Source: an uncultured Gemmatimonadales bacterium (GTDB taxonomy: Bacteria; Gemmatimonadota; Gemmatimonadetes; Gemmatimonadales; GWC2-71-9). From it: a DNA stretch of 64,000 bases. The position numbers and the translations under genes are program-made. Positions 19,767-28,443 of the stretch are shown one piece after another (within the stretch, counting starts at the first letter, position 1; each line of letters opens with the position of its first letter). A model generated the notes under the pieces. That model had not been told where the DNA came from. It saw only the letters and a list, made by a program, of their open reading frames with translations, and searched no databases. Location of the stretch: contig CAVSLV010000002.1 of NCBI GenBank assembly GCA_963728915.1, forward strand, positions 415,655 through 479,654. Direction: 5' to 3'.

Positions 19767-20689
19767 ACAACGTCACCCATTCCCTGCTCGGGTTCGCGCT
19801 GGCCCAGTCGGGGCTCCGGCGCGCAACCCGCCTGGGCACGGCGACTCTGGTATTGGGCGCCAATCTTCCGGACGCCGACGGGTTCGCCTACTTCTTCGGC
19901 TCCCGCGAGGCGGCCCTGCACTTCCGCCGCGGGTGGACCCACGGCATCCTCGCGATGGTGGTGCTTCCGCTGCTCCTGGCCGGTGTGATGATCGGGTGGG
20001 ACCGTTGGCGGGGGCGCCGCGACGGTCCGCCGGTGAACCCCCGGGGGCTTCTGCTTCTCGCCGCCATCGGGGTCTGGTCGCATCCCCTGCTCGATCTGCT
20101 CAACGTGTACGGCGTGCGGCTTCTGATGCCCTTCTCCGAACACTGGTTCAAGGCCGACGCGCTCTTCATCGTGGATCCCTGGGTGTGGCTGGTGCTCGGC
20201 GGGGGACTCCTGGTTGGCCGGCTCGGTCGGAGCGAACGGCCGTCGCGGCTGGCGCTGGGGACGGTTGCGGGTTATGCGATCGCAATGACCGGCCTGAGCG
20301 TGCTGGGCCGGCGAGTGGTGGCCCGGCGGACCGGAGTCGAGGCCCGCACCATGGCCGCCCCGGTGTTCGGGAACCCGTTCCGCCGGGAGATTCTTCGCGA
20401 CCTGGGACGGGAATACGAGTCCGGTGAGCTGGTCTTCGGGTTTCCCAGCGAGTACGCACCGAACGCCAGAGTGGAGACCGGAGCTGATCTGCCGGGGGTC
20501 GCGGAAGCACAGGAGACCTCGAAAGGGCAGTGGTTCCTTCGCTGGGCGCGGTTTCCGGTGTTCGAGTCCCATCCCACCGACGGTACGGTGGAGGTCTCGA
20601 TCCGGGATCTCCGTTTCGGACGTATTAGGGGTCAATCCTGGGCGGGAATCACGGTGCGAGTTCCGCGACCGGCCGAAGAGAGCAGGTGA
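19763..20689 (+). CDS. Inner-membrane metal-dependent hydrolase (YdjM/DUF457-like); ATA start proposed, alternative GTG at 19739
   Basis: DNVTHSL, NLPDAD, RGWTHG and SHPLLDLLNVYG motifs. Confidence 0.85.
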   Translation: MDNVTHSLLGFALAQSGLRRATRLGTATLVLGANLPDADGFAYFFGSREAALHFRRGWTHGILAMVVLPLLLAGVMIGWDRWRGRRDGPPVNPRGLLLLAAIGVWSHPLLDLLNVYGVRLLMPFSEHWFKADALFIVDPWVWLVLGGGLLVGRLGRSERPSRLALGTVAGYAIAMTGLSVLGRRVVARRTGVEARTMAAPVFGNPFRREILRDLGREYESGELVFGFPSEYAPNARVETGADLPGVAEAQETSKGQWFLRWARFPVFESHPTDGTVEVSIRDLRFGRIRGQSWAGITVRVPRPAEESR

Positions 20690-20692
20690 CCG

Positions 20693-21244
20693 GTGGCGAA
20701 AGCCAAATGGCCCCTGTTCCTGCTGGCCTGGCTCTCGCTCATTCCCGGCATCGGCTTTTTCCTGGGATCAATGGCGGCCGGATGGGGTCTGGTTTCGAGC
20801 CGGCCCCGCGCGCTGGTGGCTGCCGGGATCGGGGCGGGCGGGGCGCTGCTCAACCTGATCGGGCTGATGGTCCTGGGAGCATATCTCCTCCGGGACCGGC
20901 CTGAGCTGGCGGCAGCCAAGGTCGAGGCGACGCGACAAGGGCTGGTGGAGGTCGTCATCGCGCTGGATGCCTATCGTCAGCAGGAAGGGAGCTATCCCTC
21001 CTCCCTCACCATTCTTCAGCGGAAACTCGGGTTTCAGCGCCCGGTCAACGTTCTGGATCCGAGCGCGGGATTTCTGCCGCCCAAACCCTATCAATACGAG
21101 CTGGCTCCCGACGGTCAGACCTATCGGGTCTTCTCGGTGGGACCCGACAAGGCGCTGGGAACCTCAGACGACATATTTCCGGTATTACCGGATTCGCTCG
21201 CGGCGCGATCCGGATTTCGAAACCCGATTGGCCGCCGGGAGTGA
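20693..21244 (+). CDS. Membrane protein with GspG/T2SSG-like C-terminal domain
   Basis: [13 protein letters not shown] and [15 protein letters not shown] motifs. Confidence 0.65.
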   Translation: MAKAKWPLFLLAWLSLIPGIGFFLGSMAAGWGLVSSRPRALVAAGIGAGGALLNLIGLMVLGAYLLRDRPELAAAKVEATRQGLVEVVIALDAYRQQEGSYPSSLTILQRKLGFQRPVNVLDPSAGFLPPKPYQYELAPDGQTYRVFSVGPDKALGTSDDIFPVLPDSLAARSGFRNPIGRRE

Positions 21245-21251
21245 GGGTGCC

Positions 21252-21740
21252 ATGGATGTGACGGTGAAGGTCTACGACAAGCTGGGTGTGCTGGTGGGAC
21301 CGGTGACATCGCCCAGGGTCGTGAAGAGCGATGCGGAGTGGAAAGCCCAGCTGACTCCGGAGCAGTTTCAGATCGCGCGGGGCAAGGGAACCGAGCGTCC
21401 ATTCTGCGGCCTGTTGCTCGACAACAAACGTGCCGGCGTGTACGCCTGCATCTGCTGTGGATTGCCGCTCTTTTCCTCGGAACACAAGTTCGAATCCGGC
21501 ACCGGCTGGCCCAGCTATTTCCAGCCGGTTGCCCCCGAGAACGTGCGCACCGCGTCGGATCGAAGCTATGGGATGCACCGCACCGAGATCCTGTGCCCGA
21601 GGTGCGATTGCCATCTGGGGCACGTCTTCAACGACGGCCCGCCTCCCACCGGCCTTCGATACTGCGTCAATTCGGATTCGCTGCGTTTCGTGGACGCGAA
21701 GGACCTCGCTGCGCTCGCCGATCCGGTTGCGGGAGGATAG
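21252..21740 (+). CDS. msrB: Methionine-R-sulfoxide reductase MsrB
   Basis: [23 protein letters not shown] and RYCVNS motifs. Confidence 0.95.
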   Translation: MDVTVKVYDKLGVLVGPVTSPRVVKSDAEWKAQLTPEQFQIARGKGTERPFCGLLLDNKRAGVYACICCGLPLFSSEHKFESGTGWPSYFQPVAPENVRTASDRSYGMHRTEILCPRCDCHLGHVFNDGPPPTGLRYCVNSDSLRFVDAKDLAALADPVAGG

Positions 21741-21768
21741 CGCCGGGTCGGGCCGGAAGCCTCCCGCG

Positions 21769-22512
21769 TTGCAGGAAACCTCCCACCGACCCTGGCCTGT
21801 TCCTCAGCGCCCCTGGTGGGGCCGGCAGACCTGGCACTCACTCGCGTTTCTGCACTGGCCGGCGCCTGCTTCATCGCTGCGGCGCCTGATCCCGCCGGGT
21901 CTCGAGATCGAGGAATTCGGTGGATCGGCGTGGGTGGCAGTGGCGCCATTCTGGATGTCGGGGGTGACCCTGGGCCGAATGCCCCCCATTCCCTTCCTGT
22001 CGAGCTTCGCCGAACTCAACACCCGGACCTACGTGACGCGCGATGGATTCCCCGGGGTCTGGTTCTTCAGCCTGGACGCATCCAGCCTCCCGGCAGTCCG
22101 CGTGGCCCGGGCCCTCTTTCATCTCCCCTACTACCACGCGCGCATGCGGCACGCGATCGAGGGAGACCGGGTCGTCTACGACTCCCGGCGGATTCGAGGT
22201 CCGGGGTTCCATGCATCTTATGGACCAGTGGGGCCGGTGTTCCGGAGCAAGGCAGATACCCTGGAACACTTTCTCACCGAACGGTACTGCCTGTATGCCA
22301 GCGATACATCGGGCCGGCTCTACCGGTCGGAGATCCACCATGACCCCTGGCCGCTCCAGGATGGCGAGGCCTCGATCGAGCGCAACGAGCTTCTCGACGA
22401 CCTCGGCCTGCCGATCGAGGGCGCTCCACTGGTTCACTTCGCCGAGCGCCTGGACGTGCGGGTCTGGTCTCCCCTGCGGGTCGACTCTAGCGCTTCCCCC
22501 GCGAAACCATAA
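21769..22512 (+). CDS. DUF2071/YqjF family protein
   Basis: HRPWP, ELNTRTYV, GVWFFSLDA and FLTERY motifs. Confidence 0.88.
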   Translation: MQETSHRPWPVPQRPWWGRQTWHSLAFLHWPAPASSLRRLIPPGLEIEEFGGSAWVAVAPFWMSGVTLGRMPPIPFLSSFAELNTRTYVTRDGFPGVWFFSLDASSLPAVRVARALFHLPYYHARMRHAIEGDRVVYDSRRIRGPGFHASYGPVGPVFRSKADTLEHFLTERYCLYASDTSGRLYRSEIHHDPWPLQDGEASIERNELLDDLGLPIEGAPLVHFAERLDVRVWSPLRVDSSASPAKP

Positions 22513-22570
22513 GTTGGTTGGGTTTCCAGCCATGCCCGAGATCGGGGATCATCTTCCACAAGGGGGGCGT

Positions 22571-22849
22571 ATGGTCATCAAGCGCATCGAACCGGTGTCA
22601 GCGGCGAAGATCAGTGCGGTGCTGTATGCGTTGATGGGTTTCCTGATTGCCCTCCTCTTCGCAGCGATCGGCTCGATGGCGGGCGGCCTGGCCCAGACCG
22701 CATTCCCCTTTGCCGGGGCCGGAGTGGCGGCCATCATCATCATCCCCATCGTCTATGGCTGTATCGGATTCATCGCCACCCTGATCATGGCGGCGCTCTA
22801 TAACCTGGTGGCCGGATGGGTCGGAGGGGTGCAGATTCAGGCCGAGTAG
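22571..22849 (+). CDS. Small membrane protein (DUF3566-like)
   Basis: IKRIEPVSAAK and LYNLVAGWVGGV motifs. Confidence 0.75.
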   Translation: MVIKRIEPVSAAKISAVLYALMGFLIALLFAAIGSMAGGLAQTAFPFAGAGVAAIIIIPIVYGCIGFIATLIMAALYNLVAGWVGGVQIQAE

Positions 22850-22868
22850 CCTTCCCAGCGCATCACCC

Positions 22869-22908
22869 GGAGGCAGCGGGGCCCGGCCCCGCTGCCTCCT
22901 TATCTTTT
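22869..22908 (+). terminator. Rho-independent terminator
   Basis: Perfect stem GGAGGCAGCGGGGC/GCCCCGCTGCCTCC followed by TTATCTTTT. Confidence 0.75.
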
Positions 22909-22933
22909 GACCGGGAGCCACAGAGAGGAACCT

Positions 22934-23362
22934 TTGGAACGGACTGCAGAGGCACGATGGGAAGGCGAGCTCAAGTCGGGCAAGGGCCAGATCAAGTTGG
23001 GAAGCGGGGCCTATCAGGGTGGGTATTCCTTCGGCACCCGGTTCGAATCGAGTCCGGGGACGAACCCCGAAGAGCTGATCGGTGCGGCATTGGCGGCCTG
23101 CTTCAGCATGGCGCTGGCTTCGACTCTGGCGAAGGGAGGCCATCCTGCGACGTCGGTCGATACCCGGGCCGCGGTGCGGCTGGAGAAGGTGGGCGAAGGA
23201 TTCGGCATCACCGGGATCACCCTGACCACGCGCGGGGTCGTTCCTGGGGTTTCCGCCGAGGAATTCACCAAGTTGGCCGAGCAGACGGGCAAGAACTGCA
23301 TCGTGGCACGGGCCCTCGGCGCGGTTCCCATCTCCGTGGCGGCGACCCACTCAACCTCCTGA
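22934..23362 (+). CDS. osmC: OsmC peroxiredoxin
   Basis: GTNPEELIGAALAACFSMAL and NCIVARAL motifs; SD GAGGAA before TTG. Confidence 0.92.
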   Translation: MERTAEARWEGELKSGKGQIKLGSGAYQGGYSFGTRFESSPGTNPEELIGAALAACFSMALASTLAKGGHPATSVDTRAAVRLEKVGEGFGITGITLTTRGVVPGVSAEEFTKLAEQTGKNCIVARALGAVPISVAATHSTS

Positions 23363-24111
23363 CCCGCGCCACTGTCGTCCTGGGGTTGCTTCTCGCCGCG
23401 TGCGGGGGCAGCCTCCGGGACCGCTTGCATCCAGGGGGCCGGTTCCTCGCCAGGTACGGCCCGGCGACCTCGGAGTTCGAGACCTTCCGGAGTGGACTCA
23501 TCGCGAACCGCTTCCTGGATACGGTCGCGGTGCGCCTCAACGACTCGCTCCGGATCCCCAGGAACATCACGCTCCAGACCGCGCATTGCGCCGCCCCGAA
23601 CGCGTCATACGATCCCGAAGCGCGCGAGGTGACGCTCTGCTACGAGCTGTTTCAGAGCCTTTCCGATCAGCTGGGGAACGAGGTCGGTGGGGACTATCTG
23701 GTCTCCGGGACGGTGGTGTTCGCCCTGATGCACGAGCTCGGGCATGCGCTGATCGACGTGCTGGAGCTGCCCATTGTCGGCCGGGAAGAGGACGCGGTCG
23801 ACCAGCTCGCCACCATCCTGATGCTCAACCAGGGATTGGCGGGAGACTCACTCGCCTTCGGCGCGGTCGGCTGGTTCCTCACCAAATCCAAGAGCGAACT
23901 CCTGGACGACATGGCGTTTGCCGACGACCACGGGCTGGACCGCCAGCGGGTCTACAATATGATCTGCTGGATCTACGGCCGGGATCCCAGTCGGTACCCG
24001 GAAGTCGTTGAGGAACATTGGCTTCCGGAGCACCGGGCGGAGGGGTGCCCAGCCGAGTATCGCAGGCTGGCGCGGAACTGGGCGAAGCTCCTGGCTCCCT
24101 ACCACCGGTAG
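23359..24111 (+). CDS. DUF4344-like metallopeptidase lipoprotein; CTG start proposed
   Basis: Lipobox LAAC, HELGH and GREEDAVD motifs. Confidence 0.82.
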   Translation: MTRATVVLGLLLAACGGSLRDRLHPGGRFLARYGPATSEFETFRSGLIANRFLDTVAVRLNDSLRIPRNITLQTAHCAAPNASYDPEAREVTLCYELFQSLSDQLGNEVGGDYLVSGTVVFALMHELGHALIDVLELPIVGREEDAVDQLATILMLNQGLAGDSLAFGAVGWFLTKSKSELLDDMAFADDHGLDRQRVYNMICWIYGRDPSRYPEVVEEHWLPEHRAEGCPAEYRRLARNWAKLLAPYHR

Positions 24112-24231
24112 GCTTGGGGCACGCTGGAGGTCCCGGCGACCAGCCCCACCCCTGACCCGCGAAGGGTTATCCCCCTATAATTCATGTCTCCCCGCACCTG
24201 CGCGGGTTGGGTCCCCAACAAGGAGGGTGTC

Positions 24232-24681
24232 TTGCGACGGTTCGTTGTGCTCGGCTGCGTTGCGATGACAATGGCTTGTACCAAGAAGGAAGAGGCCCCG
24301 GCAGCCGACACGATGGCGGTCGCGCCGGCGCCGATGATGAATCTCGCCGACATGGCGGGAACCTGGTCGATGAAGGTGATGCCCCAGGGAAGCGACAGTG
24401 TCGTTGCGTCGGGCGAGATTGCCGCGACGGGAACTACGGACGGATGGACGATGACGCTGCCCAACCGGCCGGCCCTGCCGATGATGGTGTCGGTCTCGGG
24501 CGACAGCGTGATGATGGACGCGGGCCCCTACGAGAGCGTTCTCCGCAAGGGCATTCAGGTGTCCACTCATACCGTGGCGCGGATGCACAATGGCATGCTG
24601 ATGGGCAGCACGACCGCCCATTACGCCTCCGGCCAGGACACGGTGGTCATGCTTCGGATGGAAGCCACCAAGAAGCCGTAA
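24232..24681 (+). CDS. Methionine-rich lipoprotein
   Basis: Lipobox-like TMAC; SD AGGAGG. Confidence 0.8.
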   Translation: MRRFVVLGCVAMTMACTKKEEAPAADTMAVAPAPMMNLADMAGTWSMKVMPQGSDSVVASGEIAATGTTDGWTMTLPNRPALPMMVSVSGDSVMMDAGPYESVLRKGIQVSTHTVARMHNGMLMGSTTAHYASGQDTVVMLRMEATKKP

Positions 24682-24706
24682 TCCCGCTTATCATGAAGAG
24701 TCGCGG

Positions 24707-24740
24707 GGCAGGCCGGGGTCCATTGGGATCCCGGCCTGCC
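24707..24740. terminator. GC-rich hairpin, possible terminator
   Basis: GGCAGGCCGGGGTCC-ATTG-GGATCCCGGCCTGCC; no U tract. Confidence 0.5.
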
Positions 24741-24775
24741 GTGCACATCTGACATCAACCAATCCGGAAAACCGC

Positions 24776-24955
24776 ATGTCGAAACGTGAAGAACAACGGC
24801 TGGCCAAACTCATCAAGAAGAACGCTGCCAAGGCCGGAGGCGGGAAACGCCCCGACCGCTCCACGCAGTACGATGACACGCTGCGTCAGAAGGCGGAAGA
24901 AGTCGACAGCGAGACCAAACGCTTCTTCAAGGACATGAAACGGAGAGAGTTCTGA
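24776..24955 (+). CDS. 59-aa charged hypothetical protein (absent from ORF track)
   Basis: MSKREEQRLAKLIKK...MKRREF; stop overlaps next gene. Confidence 0.65.
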   Translation: MSKREEQRLAKLIKKNAAKAGGGKRPDRSTQYDDTLRQKAEEVDSETKRFFKDMKRREF

Positions 24956-26346
24956 AACTCGGCCGCTGGCTGGCCGTCCTCATCCCGGGCGTCCTCATCT
25001 GGGCGATTCCGTGGCCCGGTCTCACCCCGCCCCAGCGCCACCTGCTGGGGATTTTTGTGGCCACCATCGTCGCGCTGGTGGCACACCCGGTGCCAATGGG
25101 GGTGAGCGCCATCACCGGCATGACCCTGCTGGCGATCACCGGAACACTGCCTCCCGGCAAAGTCCTTTCGGGATTCAGCAATCTCACGGTGTGGCTGGTG
25201 TTCTCCGCGTTTCTCTTCGCCCGCGCGGTCACGGTGACCCGGCTCGGACAACGGATCGCCTATCTGTTCATCCGGCGGTTCGGGAAGAGCACTCTGTCGC
25301 TGGGCTACTCGCTCGCCGCGGCGGACGTGGCCCTCGCCCCGTTCGTGCCCTCCGATACCGCGCGGGGCGGCGGCATCATGTATCCGATTGCCCGGAGCGT
25401 CTCGGAAGCCGCGGGCTCGTCCCCGGGCCCGACCGCGAGGAATCTCGGCGCCTTCCTGATGCTGACCAGCTTCCATGCGACCTATACCGCCTCGGGGACT
25501 TTCCTCACCGGGATGGCAGCCAACCCGGTGATCGCCGGGTTCGCCAAGCAGTTCGCCGGAGTCGAGCTGACCTGGGTGCGCTGGCTCATGGGCTCGATCG
25601 TGCCGGCTCTGCTCACCCTCATCCTCGTCCCGTTGCTGATTCACCGGCTGGTCCGTCCCACCATCCGGGATACCGAGCCGGCCCGCGCCCACGCCCGCGA
25701 GGCCCTGGCCGAGCTGGGACCAGCCAGGGCCCCCGAGATCAAACTGCTGGTGGTGATGCTTGCGGTCATGGCAGGTTGGGTGACGTCGCCGAGCCACGGC
25801 ATCCCCAACGGCTTCGTGGCGCTGGCCGGCGTGTCGGCACTGCTGCTCCTTGGCGTCCTGACCTGGGACGATCTGCTGGGCGAGCGGCGAGCCTGGGATG
25901 CCCTGATCTGGTTCGCGCCGCTCCTCATGATGGCGGACGCCTTGCAGGAGACCGGGGTGATCGGCGTGCTTTCCAAATCGCTGTTCGCCGGCCTGGGCGG
26001 CTTGCCCTGGCTCGCCGCCTTGCCGCTCCTGGTGCTGGCCTATCTGTACCTCCACTACGGATTCGCCAGCATGACGGCGCACGTCACGGCGCTCTATCCC
26101 GGGTTCATCGCCGCCGCGCTCGCCGCGGGAGCGCCTCCCCTCGTGGCCGCGCTGCTGCTCGCCTATTTCTCGAACCTCGACGCTTCGCTCACCCACTACG
26201 GCACCGGCTCGGCGCCGGTATTCTTCGGCGCGGGTTATGTCTCCCAGGGGACCTGGTGGCGGATCGGCTTCCTGGTCTCCCTGCTCAACGTGGTGATCTG
26301 GCTCGGGGTCGGCATGGCCTGGTGGAAGCTGCTCGGATGGTGGTAG
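24952..26346 (+). CDS. DASS family anion/dicarboxylate transporter; CTG start proposed
   Basis: PSDTARGGGIMYP, TGMAANP and THYGTGSAPVFFGAGYV motifs. Confidence 0.9.
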   Translation: MKLGRWLAVLIPGVLIWAIPWPGLTPPQRHLLGIFVATIVALVAHPVPMGVSAITGMTLLAITGTLPPGKVLSGFSNLTVWLVFSAFLFARAVTVTRLGQRIAYLFIRRFGKSTLSLGYSLAAADVALAPFVPSDTARGGGIMYPIARSVSEAAGSSPGPTARNLGAFLMLTSFHATYTASGTFLTGMAANPVIAGFAKQFAGVELTWVRWLMGSIVPALLTLILVPLLIHRLVRPTIRDTEPARAHAREALAELGPARAPEIKLLVVMLAVMAGWVTSPSHGIPNGFVALAGVSALLLLGVLTWDDLLGERRAWDALIWFAPLLMMADALQETGVIGVLSKSLFAGLGGLPWLAALPLLVLAYLYLHYGFASMTAHVTALYPGFIAAALAAGAPPLVAALLLAYFSNLDASLTHYGTGSAPVFFGAGYVSQGTWWRIGFLVSLLNVVIWLGVGMAWWKLLGWW

Positions 26347-27005
26347 TGCCGCGGCGTTCGCTGCTCCCCGAAGAGGTCGAACAGTACCTCACCGCCGTCA
26401 ATCGGCCGGAAACCGATCTGCTCACCAGGTTGCGGGCCGAAACCGCGGTGCTGCCACAGGCGGGGATGCAGATCGGGCCGGACCAGGCCGCGCTGCTTCA
26501 ACTCCTGATTCGACTGACCGACGCCCGCCGGGTCCTCGAGATCGGCACGTTCACAGGGCTTTCCGCGCTCGCCATGGCGCTGGCTCTTCCTGAAGATGGG
26601 AGAGTGATTACTTGCGATATCAGCGAGGAATGGACCGGGATAGCGCGGCGGTACTGGGCCGAGTCCGGCCAGGGCGGAAAAATCGAGCTTCGCTTGGCTC
26701 CCGCGTTGGAGACGCTTGCGACCCTGGAAACGGCCGGTGCCCGGTTCGACTTCGCGTTCATCGACGCGGATAAGCCCAACTACAACGCCTACTACGAGAT
26801 CGCCATCCGTCTGGTTCGCCGGGGTGGGCTCATTGCGCTCGACAACATGCTCTGGAGCGGGAAGGTCGCGAATCCAGGGAATCAGGAGGAGAGCACAGTA
26901 GCGATCCGGGCGCTGAATCGCAGGATTCGGGAGGACGTGCGGGTGGATTCGGTCCTCCTCTCGGTCGGGGACGGGGTCATGTTGGCCTCACCCCGCTTGC
27001 GATGA
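26346..27005 (+). CDS. O-methyltransferase (caffeoyl-CoA OMT-like)
   Basis: LEIGTFTGLS, FIDADK and DNMLWSG motifs. Confidence 0.92.
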   Translation: MPRRSLLPEEVEQYLTAVNRPETDLLTRLRAETAVLPQAGMQIGPDQAALLQLLIRLTDARRVLEIGTFTGLSALAMALALPEDGRVITCDISEEWTGIARRYWAESGQGGKIELRLAPALETLATLETAGARFDFAFIDADKPNYNAYYEIAIRLVRRGGLIALDNMLWSGKVANPGNQEESTVAIRALNRRIREDVRVDSVLLSVGDGVMLASPRLR

Positions 27006-27052
27006 GTGCTTCCGTGCAGTAGATCATCGGGAGCACGCTCTGGAGGCTGTCG

Positions 27053-27577
27053 ATGGAACGCGCCGTTCTGCCCGTCGCCCCCGAAACCAAGTATCAGATT
27101 CCCGCCGGTGCCGGTATTGGCCATGTGCATCTCAAGGTCAGCAACCTGGAGCGGTCGATCGAGTTCTACTGCGGGGTTCTGGGGTTCGAGCTGGTGGCGC
27201 GGTTCCGGAACAGCGCGGCGTTCGTTTCGGCGGGGGGCTACCACCATCATATCGGGCTGAACACCTGGGAGAGTCTCGAAGGGAGTCCCGCGCCCAGGCA
27301 CTACACCGGGTTGTACCACGTGGCGATCCGCTATCCCACCGTTCGGGATCTCGCGGTCGCGGTGCGGCGGGTTCTCGATGCGGAGATCCCGCTCCGGGGC
27401 GCGTCGGATCACGGTGTCAGCATCGCAGTGTACTTGAGCGATCCCGATGGCATCGGGCTCGAGCTGACCTGGGATCGACCCCGGGAGGACTGGCCCCGGA
27501 CGCCGAACGGCGAGATCGAGCTGTCGATGTCGGGGCCCTTCGACCTGGACGCGCTGCTGCGGGAAGCGCGCATGTGA
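27053..27577 (+). CDS. VOC/glyoxalase family protein (CatE-like)
   Basis: GHVHLKV, GGYHHHIGLNTW and DPDGIGLEL motifs. Confidence 0.9.
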   Translation: MERAVLPVAPETKYQIPAGAGIGHVHLKVSNLERSIEFYCGVLGFELVARFRNSAAFVSAGGYHHHIGLNTWESLEGSPAPRHYTGLYHVAIRYPTVRDLAVAVRRVLDAEIPLRGASDHGVSIAVYLSDPDGIGLELTWDRPREDWPRTPNGEIELSMSGPFDLDALLREARM

Positions 27578-27651
27578 GTCCTCCGCTCCTCAGGATCAGC
27601 CCGGCTCGTCAGGTTTTTTTCTACGTGAAGCACTCGGACCAGCTCTGAATC

Positions 27652-28440
27652 GTGGCGCAATCCGGATTCCACGACCTGTTTTCACGGGATTCGACGGCTT
27701 ACGCCCGATTCCGTCCCCGCTACCCGCATGAGCTGTTCGCCTGGCTGGCCACACTCCCCGAGCGACGGCGGCTCGCCTGGGACTGCGCGACGGGAAGCGG
27801 CCAGGCGGCGGCATCGCTCACTCGGCACTTTGACCGGGTCGTCGGGACGGATGCAAGTCCGGCGCAGCTCCGCGCCGCGACGAAGGTCCCGGGATTGGCT
27901 TATGTTGCCTGTCTCGCGGAGGAGACCGCGCTCGCTTCCCGGTCGGTGGACCTGATCACCATCGCCCAGGCGCTGCATTGGCTGGACTATCCGCGTTTCT
28001 TCCGCGAAATCGATCGAATCATTGCCCCGGGCGGCGTGCTCGCGGTGATCGGGTACGCCCGGCTCCGGGGCGACGCCGAGCTGGAGCGCGTCGTGTACGA
28101 ATTCCAGGACGGCCTGCTGGGGGCCTACTGGACCCCGGAGCGTGCCGTGGTCGAAGCGGGTTATGCCGGGATCCCGGTCCCCATCGAAGAAGTCACCGCA
28201 CCGGGGTTCGCCATCGAAGCCGAGCTGACCAGAGACCAGCTGCTCGGATACATCGGGACCTGGTCCGCGGTGGGGCGCTATCGCAAGATGCGGGGTGAGG
28301 ATCCGATGCCAGTGGTGATCCAGCGGCTTTCGGAGGCGTGGGGCGACCCCGATCGGGTCCGGCCGATCTCCTGGCCCCTGTTCATCCGGGCCGGGCGGTG
28401 GCAAGGGCCTCGGAATCAGCGGGTTAACCGGGATGGGTGA
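27652..28440 (+). CDS. Class I SAM-dependent methyltransferase
   Basis: RPRYP, WDCATGSGQA and AQALHW motifs. Confidence 0.9.
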   Translation: MAQSGFHDLFSRDSTAYARFRPRYPHELFAWLATLPERRRLAWDCATGSGQAAASLTRHFDRVVGTDASPAQLRAATKVPGLAYVACLAEETALASRSVDLITIAQALHWLDYPRFFREIDRIIAPGGVLAVIGYARLRGDAELERVVYEFQDGLLGAYWTPERAVVEAGYAGIPVPIEEVTAPGFAIEAELTRDQLLGYIGTWSAVGRYRKMRGEDPMPVVIQRLSEAWGDPDRVRPISWPLFIRAGRWQGPRNQRVNRDG

Positions 28441-28443
28441 TCC

